Assembly (NCBI GenBank): GCA_949358305.1 | Contig: OX442314.1 | Span: 7,998,001-8,062,000, forward strand | Reading direction: 5' to 3' | DNA length: 64,000 bases | Source of the DNA: Strigamia acuminata | Taxonomy: Eukaryota | Shown: positions 50,975 through 61,944 of the stretch, one piece after another | How positions within the stretch are numbered: position 1 is the stretch's first letter | How the letters are laid out: each line of letters starts with the position of its first letter | Position numbers and translations under genes: made by a program | The notes under the pieces: model-generated | The model's database searches: none | Told to the model about the DNA's origin: nothing | The model's input: only the letters and a program-made list of their open reading frames with translations

Positions 50975-51532
50975 TCACAATTTGCGCGCGTTTTTCAATT
51001 CGGGATCTGCGCCGTACGACATTAATTTTGATATGATAGCGCAGTTTCCGGTTTCGGCAGCTGTATGCAACGCTACGCTCAAAAACGAGAGCGAAAACCG
51101 ATAAATGCAGGCGACGTGAAGCTTCTTCGTGCCACAAAACTCGTAATAAAGTGTTTTGTCAACCGTTGCGGGTATCGAAGCGGAGTATTTTAATGGGGTG
51201 TTGATGAGAAACCCTTTTTTCAGCAAATATTCGCAATGGCGGAGGTTGTTTCGAACTATTACGTCGTGCATTACGTAACCGATGTTCTCCAAATCGCCTG
51301 GAATGATCGTTAAGGAACTAGTACGGTGGATGATGTCATTTGTGGATAGTCCATCGGCTCGAAGGCGGTTTGATAGTGTTGACACACAGCTGCTTCGTTT
51401 CCCTGTGCAAAATAAATGAAATGTAGATAAATATTTGTTTTTAAAAAATGTAAAAATGAATTTTTTTTTATTAAAATGTGTCGATTCTTCACCTTTTTTG
51501 AGTGTTTTTGGCTCGGACACACAATTTTCCAT
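50975..51532 (-). CDS. Probable small ankyrin-repeat protein or fragment
   Basis: ALHTAAETGNCAIISKLMSYGADPELKN, plus a weaker repeat (CEYLLKKGFLINTP). Possible intron at about 51403-51492. Confidence 0.55.
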   Translation of the reverse strand: MENCVSEPKTLKKGEESTHFNKKKFIFTFFKNKYLSTFHLFCTGKRSSCVSTLSNRLRADGLSTNDIIHRTSSLTIIPGDLENIGYVMHDVIVRNNLRHCEYLLKKGFLINTPLKYSASIPATVDKTLYYEFCGTKKLHVACIYRFSLSFLSVALHTAAETGNCAIISKLMSYGADPELKNARKL

Positions 51533-52996
51533 TTTAGAAAATTCAATTCTTGAGATTTTTGGATGACACGATGAAAAATGAAACAAAAACAAAACAAAAA
51601 TCGATGAAAACGAATGAATTTCTCAAATGTTCATGCTTTTATTTCCATCCTCCACTGAGAAATGACAAATGACAATGACAATGACAAAATAGAAGAAATT
51701 AACTGATAATCAGCGAAATTATAAACAACAGCCCTTGCTGAAACAAAGCATTGTTAGGAATAAGGCACCATTAATGAAATTTGCAGGTAAATTGAAATTA
51801 CTCAACTAACTATTTCACGAATCGGCGAGAAGTTAAAAAACAATACAATGAACATATTGGACATATTCCTGCCAAAAGATAAACATGACAAGGTATGCTT
51901 GACATTGCGATGTTGTATGGAGTCAGGGATGATAGATTGCAAAGAGTGGCAACCATTACAAAATTCACAAATTCAGGGCAATCATTACAAGTTATTGTTA
52001 TGGAGTATTATTTATTGTTTACTTAATTTATTTATAATTTAACTTAATTATATTAAAACCTGAAATGTATACCATAAATTGTGTGGTGACCCAGTTGGAT
52101 AAGTGTCCCCCCAGGGCGGATACTTGTCCTCTGAGTCACTATGATTGAAGAGTCGTTCCCCCCCGAGTTGGCTCCACCTCCCCATGGCAGGTGTGTGCCC
52201 CGAGGGGGAGGAAGCGGCTGGTGGTCAGCCCCCATTGGTTGATCGCCGGCCCTTCACCCCACTGCATAAAAGGCTGTGTTTCCCGCCTAAAGTAAGAACT
52301 TACACAAACGACACCAAGAACACAGCAACTACCTCACCGTCAGGCCAACTTCAACTACAAGTTAGGATTGATCGAGGATCGCTGAGTAAAGTGCAAACTG
52401 TAACTCTCACGAAGTCACTTGCGAGCTATTCCTGCGAAAGCACGAGAATAGCCCTTGTGAAATCACCCAGAATAATCGCCCAGACGATTATTCGCCGAAG
52501 TAAGTGTCCGAGTGCTTTGTAGGGAACCCCAAAGTTCCTAGACGAGGCCTCTGCGACGCTAAACCAAACCCTAGACAACAGGCACGGATAGAAGACTCGA
52601 GAGAGCATTCCACCGCGTCCGTGAAGACGAATCCGTGACGAATTAACGACAACTCGAGACGCCGCCTTTGTTCCGCCGACCACGCGGAATCGACGACGCC
52701 ATCTTGAGAAATCCTTTGTTCGACGCTGACCACGTCGACTCTAGAATTATTACTGAGTGTATTTTAAAGGCATAAAGCCTGGTGAATAAATTACCTGTTT
52801 ATTTACATACATTTAGTATTCATTTGGGTATTTGCATAATTGATCACAGGTAAAGTATTACACGTTAGCGCTATTTAAACCTATACAAAGTAGGACGCGA
52901 CACGTGGGGGCCTGTCCGGGATTTAGAAATAAATCTCAAATCTGAGCTTGTGATCTCTCAATAAGATAACCCAAATCGTAGAATTATCGAAAGAAA

Positions 52997-55900
52997 ATGT
53001 CAGACAAAGACGAACAATCCAAGTCTGAAACCGAGCAGAGAATGCCCGAGAAGGGAAAAAGCACCTCCGACTACCACCTAAGGTCGGATGGTCCCGTCCC
53101 TGAAATGTCCGCAAAGGCGAAAGCCCGAGCGAATAAAAGGAGAGCGAAGGCGCAGAAAGAGGAGCAAGCTGCATCGCTCGCGGCCCTAGACGGGCCAGAG
53201 CGAGAGCGGGTTCCCTTGAAGATGCAACCCTTCGAAGATACCGATCCGGAAGCCCAAGAAAATCGAGAAGAAATTCGCGACGTATCACCGGGACGGGTAT
53301 CGATATTAATGACCGAGGAGACGAATGAAGCTCCGAGAGAAACGGTCACGGTCGGCACAAACCCATCACCACCAACGGCTCAGACGTCCGTAGAGCAAAC
53401 CCCACGGAAAAACGACGGCGGGACCCCGATAACCCCCCGAGTTACGGCGAGTCCTGCAGTTGTTTCCGTCGAAGTATCTCACCTAATTCGGTTGACGCAG
53501 CAAGCTGCCCAACTAAAAGCGATGATAGACATCCCAGTAGGAACATCAGTCTGGGAATCAATTACTCTACTCACGGACGCTATCTGCGCGGCACAAGCCC
53601 CGACGCCGGTCGCAAGACCAGCAGCGGAGATGCCCATGCCCCAGGTAACGCCCAGTGACACCGGAGGTTTCGCGCCAGATCCCAACCGAGCACTTCACCA
53701 ATCCAGAGAGAAGGCCCGCGAAGAAGCCGGACAAGAAGCGACTAATCGCCAGCGGAGACTGAGCGCAGAGCGGCGAGAACTCTGGAAGGAAGAGGAAGAA
53801 AGGGAACAACGCGAGAGAAGAACCACCGAGAGAACAGAGAAACTGGTCCAAAAAATGAGGGAAGAACGAGAAGCTAAAATTCGAAAAGAATGGAACGCCA
53901 CAGTAGAAGGGCGACATCGAGAAGCTCAAGAGTACGAGGACCAATTTCAAGCGCTCGTAGCTCAAAGAAAAGCAGAAAAGCTACAAATGTTGCGAGAAGA
54001 AGCCATTTTACAACATCAGAAATGGGAAGAACGACATCGCGAGAGGTTAAGAGAAGAGGAAGCCAGAAAAGAAAAAGAACAGTTCCTAAAAGAGAAAGAG
54101 GAATGGGACCGAGTCAGATGGACCGAAGAGTACAAAGCAAAGAAACAAGCCATAATAGATGAGCAAAAAAGATGGGAAGCCGAAAACTGGGAGAAAGAAA
54201 CAGAAAGGTTCCAAAAAGAGTACGAACAAGGCGTCTCGGACAGGAAGAAAAGGGAAGAAAACCCGAAACGGAAGTCGGAACCCCCAAGCGGCTCTGATAC
54301 CGACACAGGAGAAGATGCAACAAAGCCGGCAAAAACGGCGAAAAGGGGGAAATCTCAAAAGAGAGACGGGTCGGTCCCAAAAACAAAAGACCGTCACCCC
54401 TCAAAAAGATCCGAGACGGGAGCAGCCATCGACGCGTTACTCGAAAAGAAAAACGCAAATAAAAACCGGGAACGCCCCGAAAGCGAAAAAAACAGCTGGC
54501 ATTCTTTTTACGAGAACAACGACGGAGAGGAGCCGCCGCCATCCGGAGGCTCGAAACAGAAGAAGGCTGGCGGAGAGAACCCCCCGAGAGGACCGAGGTT
54601 TCACCCCCAAGGAGATCCCTCCGAGCCCTCCGATTCGTCGGACGACGACCATCCGAGTCGACCGTCTACAGGGAGGAGTCAAGAAGGCAGCGATGGGCAC
54701 CGGTCGAACCGGCCGAATGCTTCAGACCGCTCCTCCCGGAGCTCCAACCCTCGTTCAGAGGAAGGGAACTTTCAGGACTCATCTGGCCGACATTACACGA
54801 TGTCTGAGCTAGGCCGAGCCCTGCTGAACTCTTTCAGAAGAGAAGGAATCGATCTAGGCCATCCAGGCGACGAACATAATCGCGCTGGAGAGAGAGTCAA
54901 GCGCAAATATGGCGTACGAAACGAACCAAGCAGTGAAGCCACGGGTAACATCCGCTGGCAACACTATATTCAAACGCGATTTGACGGTTCGTGGAAGGCC
55001 GGAGACCGCTTCCTGGACGAAGTAATGCGTATCAAGAAAGCGACAAAAGCCACCGTCGCCGACATGCTAACCCACGGGCTGGTGGAGCTAACCACGGGGT
55101 CGGCTCGAGAATGGTATCAGGGACTGAAAAACCCAACCTGGGACGATTTTCTCGTCCGTTTCGACCTCCGATACGGCGAGACTCCAGACGAGATCAGTAA
55201 CAAGTTACGTGGTCTACGACAAGCCCCAGGAGAAACATTAGCCGACTACGACGCCCGAGCGAAACTCCTGTTTGCAAGAGCGCCGTATGAAATAAACCCC
55301 GCTGGTTTTACGATGATCTTTTACGGGGGATTATCGGCCCACTCGCAAAGAATTCTGCTAGACATGCGCGCACCCCGCACCGGCGATTACCAAGATGTCA
55401 GTAACTATCTTCTAACAAACACGTTAGAAATAGAACAGCGGTATTACGCCACTTTGCCCCCGGAGGAAGCTGACGCACACGAGAAACGGTTGCAAACGAG
55501 CGCCGAGCGTCACAAGACCTCAGAGAAATTAATGAGGCCAAGTGAATATTTGAGCGGTATAATGAGTCTCACCGAAGCATCCTTCGGACGAATGCTGACG
55601 CCTAAGGCAGGCAGTATCCTTCCAGCCAACCCAATAGCTGCCCCAAAAAAGGCACCGGCAGCAACGGCGATGCAGGTGACCTCGACGGACCCCACCCAGA
55701 TGGAGAAAGTCGAAGAGACAACACCTCTCGCCACAGCTAAAGAAGAGGAGCCAGCATCGAGCGACGAGGAAGCCCTAAACGAGCACCTCGAAAACTTATC
55801 GACGGGATGCGACGATCAAGGTCCCTATTTGCACCATGCACACCGGGCCTTGGCAATCACACAATTCAGAGCACACGTGCAGGCAACCAAAGCGAGAGGA

Positions 55901-56137
55901 GCATTGGGAGGAAAAAGACGATTCCCGACGCCCTTCGTCCCGAAAAAACCGGGATTCACTCCCACAGGGGATAAAAGTAACATCAAATGTTACAGCTGTG
56001 GAGAATACGGCCACTACTCAGATAAATGTGAGAAAACCGTCAAAGAAAAAGACATCATGCAAACCATGATAAAAATGATGATGGAGTTAAAAACTGATCT
56101 AGCAAAAAACTTCCGAGCGCAGGCGTCGCCGAAATAA
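52997..56137 (+). CDS. gag: Gypsy gag, 1046 aa
   Basis: Capsid motifs (LTTGSAREWY, LRQAPGETLADY), CYSCGEYGHYSDKC knuckle and a long charged N-terminal extension. Confidence 0.92.
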   Translation: MSDKDEQSKSETEQRMPEKGKSTSDYHLRSDGPVPEMSAKAKARANKRRAKAQKEEQAASLAALDGPERERVPLKMQPFEDTDPEAQENREEIRDVSPGRVSILMTEETNEAPRETVTVGTNPSPPTAQTSVEQTPRKNDGGTPITPRVTASPAVVSVEVSHLIRLTQQAAQLKAMIDIPVGTSVWESITLLTDAICAAQAPTPVARPAAEMPMPQVTPSDTGGFAPDPNRALHQSREKAREEAGQEATNRQRRLSAERRELWKEEEEREQRERRTTERTEKLVQKMREEREAKIRKEWNATVEGRHREAQEYEDQFQALVAQRKAEKLQMLREEAILQHQKWEERHRERLREEEARKEKEQFLKEKEEWDRVRWTEEYKAKKQAIIDEQKRWEAENWEKETERFQKEYEQGVSDRKKREENPKRKSEPPSGSDTDTGEDATKPAKTAKRGKSQKRDGSVPKTKDRHPSKRSETGAAIDALLEKKNANKNRERPESEKNSWHSFYENNDGEEPPPSGGSKQKKAGGENPPRGPRFHPQGDPSEPSDSSDDDHPSRPSTGRSQEGSDGHRSNRPNASDRSSRSSNPRSEEGNFQDSSGRHYTMSELGRALLNSFRREGIDLGHPGDEHNRAGERVKRKYGVRNEPSSEATGNIRWQHYIQTRFDGSWKAGDRFLDEVMRIKKATKATVADMLTHGLVELTTGSAREWYQGLKNPTWDDFLVRFDLRYGETPDEISNKLRGLRQAPGETLADYDARAKLLFARAPYEINPAGFTMIFYGGLSAHSQRILLDMRAPRTGDYQDVSNYLLTNTLEIEQRYYATLPPEEADAHEKRLQTSAERHKTSEKLMRPSEYLSGIMSLTEASFGRMLTPKAGSILPANPIAAPKKAPAATAMQVTSTDPTQMEKVEETTPLATAKEEEPASSDEEALNEHLENLSTGCDDQGPYLHHAHRALAITQFRAHVQATKARGALGGKRRFPTPFVPKKPGFTPTGDKSNIKCYSCGEYGHYSDKCEKTVKEKDIMQTMIKMMMELKTDLAKNFRAQASPK

Positions 56138-56155
56138 ATTCAGCTTCGTCTGCGC
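56104..56155 (+). promoter_or_regulatory. -1 ribosomal frameshift signal
   Basis: A AAA AAC in the gag frame (56104-56110), a 6-nt spacer, then hairpin GCGCAGGCG...CGTCTGCGC. Confidence 0.85.
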
Positions 56156-59100
56156 CAGCCGCGGAAATTAAAAAGAAGAAATATCACACTGGACCCGCAG
56201 GTCATGCCTTGGCAGAGGCACAGATCAAAGACCGCATACAGACCGTTCCGAAGAAGGAGGAAAAAGTGACGTTAACGAGTATGCAAGTGAGAACGAAACC
56301 GGAGGTCGACATGGATTGGACGGACCTTCCGTTCAATCTGGAGGTTGAGCCCCAGACATTACGCGTATTTCACTGCAATGTCACGAAAACACATTGCGAA
56401 ACTCTGTGTATGCTGCCAGTGGAGATAGAAAACCAAAAATTGTTCGGTCTACTGGATTCAGGAGCGGACCGTTCATTCATATCCGAGGATATAGTAAAAG
56501 ACTTGGATATTGGAAAAAAGGTGGCACAAGTGAACGCGAACGTAGAATTGCTCACCGCCAACGGCTACGTCAAGCCGAAGGGCGTAGTTCGCATCATGAT
56601 CGACTGGAAGGGGGGGAACCTGTCCCACCCCTTCATAGTCTTGCCATCCCACGACAAAGTATTCCTCCTAGGGATGGATATCATGGCGAAACTGAAAATT
56701 CAGCCAAACCCGATAACCCGTTCATGGAACTGGATAAGTCCCGAGGGAGAACGGCCAGTCCCCGTGGTCCCCCAAAAATTACTGGACGAAGCCAGGGACA
56801 AAGAGGAATACGGAAGAGGATTGCGAAAATTCGTCCAAGATTACGATTTCGCAGCCTTCACTCTGGAATTACAAAGGAGTAACGTCGTGGACACCCTGGT
56901 CGAGGAGGCAGCACTGCGTGTCAACGAGGCATCGCTACTAAGGCGAGTGCTTCGAAAACATGAAAGAATTCTGACCAAGACACCTGGTCGAACGACGGAG
57001 GCAACCCACGAGATAGTCTTAACCACAGACAAGCCGATTCGAGTGCCTTACAAGGGGATGAACCCCCAGAAAAGAGACATTGTGACGCAAATGTGCCAAG
57101 ACATGCTCGACAAGGGCATAGTAACGCAAGCCCTGGGCGAATACGCCATGCGGATCGTCCTGGTAATGCGTCCAGGTTCGGAACCTCGACTATGCATCGA
57201 TTATCGCCCCCTGAACGCGATAACGGTTATAGACCCGATTCAGATGCCGTCTATAGACTCGATCCTCCGGGAACTGAGCCCATTTAAGTGGGTAACCACC
57301 ATGGACCTATCAAAGGGGTATTGGCAGGTGGAACTCAAACCCGAAGACAAACTGAAAACAGCTTTCTACTCCCCGATAGGAAGACTAATGTTCAACGTGA
57401 TGCCGTTCGGGCTTGTAAATGCCCCGAGCACGTTCCAGAAATTGATCGAAAGCGTGTTGGGAGATATGCTTCACGACTTCGTGTGGGCGTACCTCGACGA
57501 CATCATAATAACGTCGGACACATTCGAAGAGCATATAGACCACATCGACAGAGTGGTCTCTCGCCTGGCCAAGGCGGGACTCCACATCCATCCAGGGAAG
57601 AGCAAGTTTTGCAGAAAAGAGCTTGCCTTCCTGGGATACCGAATAGGAGTCGAGGGAATCGCGATTGACCCCGAAAAGGTTAAAGCAATAAACGGATTCC
57701 CCGCCCCCGAAGATATAAAAGGTGTCCAGAGATTTATGGGCATGGTCAATTTCTTCGGCCGACTGCTCTCTGGTCTGGCTGAGGTGGCCGCGCCTATAAC
57801 GGATCTCTTACGAACGGATAAAGAGTTTGAGTGGACGGTCCAGTGCGAGGCCGCATTTAGCACGATCAAGCAAATGCTGGCTGACGTCGAAAAGATGCCA
57901 TTGCCGGACCTAAACCGACCGTTCGTGTTGCACACCGACGCGAGTAAAATCGGACTGGGTGCAGCCCTTCTGCAGACCCACGTGTACAACGGAATCTCGC
58001 AGGAAGTACCCTGTATGTTTATAAGCAGAAAAATACAGGGCGCGGAGAAAAATTACACGGCAACGGAACTAGAATGCCTAGCCGTAATTTGGGCAGTGCG
58101 GAAGTTTCGCGACTATCTGGAGTACACGAACTTCGAGGTTCAGACAGATCACCAGGCACTAAGCTGGTTGATGAAACTCAAAGAACCCTCCGGCCGACTC
58201 GCACGATGGCAACTGGAATTAATGGCGTGCGATATAACAATTACGTACCGCCCCGGGAAGTACAATCATGTGGCCGACGCCCTCTCAAGAGCCCCAGCCT
58301 CTGACCCCCAAGGTCCAGACGACGACGGCGAGGATGACACCCACCTCTTGTACTGCCCGACTCCACGGAGAATATGGCGTTTGCGAAAGGCGAACGAGCT
58401 ACCAGTGATGGAGCCCGAAGATAGAACGTTTTGTGGTTTTTGGACTCGAACATACCAGCCAGCTGGGACGAACGATTCAACATCCGAAATTCAATCTCCG
58501 CCCCCCGGAGAAACCCACAAAACCCCACTACGCGCCTTCACAGCAAAAATTGAAGAAAAAACGCAATATGCTCCACCCACGAGACGTGAGTTCATCGAAC
58601 ACCAGGCAGCCGACGCAAAATGTCAAATTATAACACAATACTTGCTAAACGGCGAATTTCCGGAAGGGATGACAAACCCCCACCGCCGAAAACAGTTCGT
58701 CAAGGAAGCAACAAGCTACCTCATAGATGATGAACTCCTGGTAAAATACCACCCGACGTTTCAAGATGACCTCAGCGGAGCGGGAAACTCGGTTAAAGTG
58801 GTCGTGCCGACATCGCTGCACACCCGACTGTTGTGGCTGATGCACGGACACCCGCTCGCCAGCCATTCTGGCGTGGCGAGGACCCTTTATCGAGTAAAAC
58901 AACTTTTCTTCTGGCCGGGCGCGCGGCAAAAGATAACGAAATTTATCCGACACTGCCCCCGGTGCCAAGCGTGCAGACCGCGAGATAAAGTGGCCAGAAA
59001 CGCCATGTCTCTCGGACCCTACGCACCATTTGACTGCCTAAGCATAGACTTGATGGGCCCCAAGCCCACAACGGGAAACAAGAACATGTATATTCTCGTA

Positions 59101-60240
59101 ATTATGGATGTGGCCACCCGATGGCCGGAGCTGTACGCCCTCGCGAAGCCCTCGGCTGAAAACATAGCCGAGTGCCTTTACGACGTGGCAATGCGATTTG
59201 GGTTTCCCAGAAAACTCATTTCGGATAACGGCCCCCAATTCCGATCAAGAATATATAAGGACTTCTGTAGAAAATTTAAAATGGATACATCAAACACCTC
59301 CACGTATAATCCTCAGACAAACCCAGTCGAGAGATTAAATAAAGATATAAAATATGCGCTGACAGTATTCACCGATATTCACAATCGATGGGACGAATAC
59401 CTGCGAGAAATCGCTTTCAGCATTCGCTCAACCGTGTCAAGAACACGCGAATTCTCACCGGCGTACCTCAACTTCGCCCGCGAATTAAGGATGCCATGGG
59501 ACCCACGCGTTGCCGAAGCTGTTAACGTATTAGACCCATCGAGCCCACATGAGTACGTGTGCCGGTTGGAACAGACTATATCCGACACATACCAGCATAT
59601 GATGGCGCATATTTTCAACATGAGAGAGAGAATCGCAGATAAAGAAGGCGATCTCGCTTTCGCGAACTTTAAAGTGAATGATCTAGTGTGGAAGGAGGCA
59701 CACACGTTGTCCAATGCAGCGAGGGGCATCGCCGCCGGTTTAGCCGACAAGAGGGACGGTCCCTATGTAATTGTGGCCGAACACGGCGGCAACGCATACC
59801 AACTGCGCCGCTTAGAAGACAACAAAAATTTTCAGTCGATACATGGCCGAGATTTAAGGCCATATCTGCCAGAGTTTCCCCAAGAAATCTGGCTGGAAGG
59901 TCAGACACACAGCGGCCAAGGGGGCACCGTGGTCGACACGTTCCAAAAAACGAATGAAGCTGAAAATATAACGGAGGACGAGGACGAGTTCTTCGACGCC
60001 GAATCCCCAGCCGACGAGGCTCCAACTCAGCCGGAGCAAGCAATTTCGGAGAGGGAGGAAGCAGAAGAATGTACTTCTGAAATGGAAAATAAAAAAATAA
60101 ATAATGAGAAAAATGCCAACACATCGGAGATGAACGAGCAAGTAGAGTCACGATCTACGAGCACGTCGAAAATCAACCTTCGACCACGACGAAGCGATAA
60201 TCCGTTCATTCGGGACGGCAAAGTCGTGGGGAAGAACTAA
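56110..60240 (+). CDS. pol: Gypsy pol (PR-RT-RH-IN), in the -1 frame relative to gag
   Basis: LLDSGA, RLCIDYR, MDLSKGYWQ, YLDDII, TDAS, HPLASH...CPRC, SDNGPQF, VERLN. The frame is open from the slippery site onward. Confidence 0.95.
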   Translation, partial: LPSAGVAEINSASSAPAAEIKKKKYHTGPAGHALAEAQIKDRIQTVPKKEEKVTLTSMQVRTKPEVDMDWTDLPFNLEVEPQTLRVFHCNVTKTHCETLCMLPVEIENQKLFGLLDSGADRSFISEDIVKDLDIGKKVAQVNANVELLTANGYVKPKGVVRIMIDWKGGNLSHPFIVLPSHDKVFLLGMDIMAKLKIQPNPITRSWNWISPEGERPVPVVPQKLLDEARDKEEYGRGLRKFVQDYDFAAFTLELQRSNVVDTLVEEAALRVNEASLLRRVLRKHERILTKTPGRTTEATHEIVLTTDKPIRVPYKGMNPQKRDIVTQMCQDMLDKGIVTQALGEYAMRIVLVMRPGSEPRLCIDYRPLNAITVIDPIQMPSIDSILRELSPFKWVTTMDLSKGYWQVELKPEDKLKTAFYSPIGRLMFNVMPFGLVNAPSTFQKLIESVLGDMLHDFVWAYLDDIIITSDTFEEHIDHIDRVVSRLAKAGLHIHPGKSKFCRKELAFLGYRIGVEGIAIDPEKVKAINGFPAPEDIKGVQRFMGMVNFFGRLLSGLAEVAAPITDLLRTDKEFEWTVQCEAAFSTIKQMLADVEKMPLPDLNRPFVLHTDASKIGLGAALLQTHVYNGISQEVPCMFISRKIQGAEKNYTATELECLAVIWAVRKFRDYLEYTNFEVQTDHQALSWLMKLKEPSGRLARWQLELMACDITITYRPGKYNHVADALSRAPASDPQGPDDDGEDDTHLLYCPTPRRIWRLRKANELPVMEPEDRTFCGFWTRTYQPAGTNDSTSEIQSPPPGETHKTPLRAFTAKIEEKTQYAPPTRREFIEHQAADAKCQIITQYLLNGEFPEGMTNPHRRKQFVKEATSYLIDDELLVKYHPTFQDDLSGAGNSVKVVVPTSLHTRLLWLMHGHPLASHSGVARTLYRVKQLFFWPGARQKITKFIRHCPRCQACRPRDKVARNAMSLGPYAPFDCLSIDLMGPKPTTGNKNMYILVIMDVATRWPELYALAKPSAENIAECLYDVAMRFGFPRKLISDNGPQFRSRIYKDFCRKFKMDTSNTSTYNPQTNPVERLNKDIKYALTVFTDIHNRWDEYLREIAFSIRSTVSRTREFSPAYLNFARELRMPWDPRVAEAVNVLDPSSPHEYVCRLEQTISDTYQHMMAHIFNMRERIADKEGDLAFANFKVNDLVWKEAHTLSNAARGIAAGLADKRDGPYVIVAEHGGNAYQLRRLEDNKNFQSIHGRDLRPYLPEFPQEIWLEGQTHSGQGGTVVDTFQKTNEAENITEDEDEFFDAESPADEAPTQPEQAISEREEAEECTSEMENKKINNEKNANTSEMNEQVESRSTSTSKINLRPRRSDNPFIRDGKVVGKN

Positions 60241-60624
60241 AAATAAAAGAAAATGTGATAACATGGAGCGGAGGCCTCGTAAAATAGAAAGATTTACTTG
60301 CGAGAGCTGCTGCACATGTTGAGACGCGAAAATTTGGCTAAGTCCAAACTTCGCAACGAATTGTCGCAGTCACCACTAACAGACGAGAAGTTATGACGTA
60401 TCGGGCGACCACGTGACAACGAAACCACGCGGTCGACCCCGTAGCGTCATTGCCAGCACGGCGGATCTCGCAAAATACGAGACGCGTTCGAGACCCACAA
60501 TTCTCAGCGTCGATAGGCCCAGTTTCCGACTGTTTTTAACACGACGAGACGTGTTTTTTTTTTGCTTCTCCCCAAAGAGAAAGACAAAGACCTCTCAAAC
60601 AAAACTTCATTTTTCTAAATTGAA

Positions 60625-61944
60625 ATGGCCGATCGACGCAACCCACGATTAGAGCCGAGCGCATCGTCGAGAGACGAGAGCGACGGCCTAATCGTAAATG
60701 CAGAAGAAGATGAGAATTGGGACGAACAACCGCCGTTGCAGGTAAATTAGTGTGATTTCCCCAGAGAAATCACATAATTCTTTGAATCTGTTGCATCCAA
60801 CCCAGATTGGAGCGTGACTTGTGACTGATATATTTCTTTCTGTTTTATTGTTGATTTAAGGCTGGCTAAAAACCCGAGAGTGGACCCAGATTCACCTCGG
60901 AGTCAAGGCCGCCAAAAAACTAGAACAAAGGAAGTGTTCGCGGAATGGCGTCGTGGCAAACCAAAACCAAAACTAAAGGTTTTCTTTCTTTTAAATTTAA
61001 ACATCGTAATAAATTAAAATACGATTAGAGTTAAAATAAAAAAGTTTAACGTAAAATTAAAATTTAACGATCGGTTTTGCCTGCGACCCCTTCCTAAAAG
61101 CGGATCACCTGAGTTCAAAAGTAGTGTTGGATCAGCGCTACGACGGCGGAGATCATCGCAGAACTGCGAAACAAGAAAATAAGACCGACGGCCGCAACAA
61201 AAGAAAGGAGTTGCTGCCACCGTCGATCTTGAGCATATTTCTGATCCCCATCGTTAACTGGGATTTATTATATTAATCTTGTGATCTAAAATTATTCAGG
61301 TCGACCCGCTAGAATCGTGGGACGCCCTGCCTCCGACGGCGTCAACCGCCAACAACATCTTTCGCGGAGCCCTGCCGATTTACCTGCGGCAGGCCTATCC
61401 TGCGGAGACCAGCGCCTGGAAGATTCGATTGATGTATTCCAGGACCCTCGAAGAAAAATTCGAGCGATCGAAAACGCTGGTCGAGTGCATGACGAAGGAG
61501 ATGAGGGAGCGAGTGGGGCCGCGGATCCCACACGATTCGGATCCGCCGAGCCCCGTTTACTCCGGGTATCTGGAAGAGGCTTACCCAGGCACGGTGGCCG
61601 AGTTGCACACCTCCCACAGGTGGCGCGAGGCCCCGACCTTGGCAGCCCGCCAGAGAATAGTGGACGACGAGATCGAACGCTTAAAGCGCACCGAGACTCA
61701 CGGAGTAACGCGAGTTCTCGAGAGAAACGGTTTCTCCCCCGAAGAAATCCGTAGATGGCTTCGCGACATCGAAGAAGATCATCTGACACCCAGATGGATA
61801 CCGCCGGCGAATTTTACGGCCACGCAGTCTGAGATGTGGCAGTTATACCACGCTGGTATCCTGGGAAGTCGCCGCCATCACAGAAGATCGAAGCGTCCGG
61901 CGGAATCCGCTCCACGCGGACCCGCACGAAGAAGACAGTGTTGA
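60625..61944 (+). CDS. Putative spliced accessory gene downstream of pol
   Basis: Exon 60625-60741 (CAG|GTAAAT) joins in frame to 61300-61944 (TTCAG|GTC). Possible extra exons at 60806-60813 and 60861-60978. Confidence 0.5.

Larger units (their letters stand above)
52080..61944 (+). mobile_element. Ty3/gypsy LTR retrotransposon; 3' LTR not in the window
   Basis: 5' LTR at about 52080-52902, PBS TGGGGGCCTGTCCGGGAT (tRNA-Pro-like) at 52905, intact gag and pol. The right limit is set by the next copia insertion. Confidence 0.9.
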
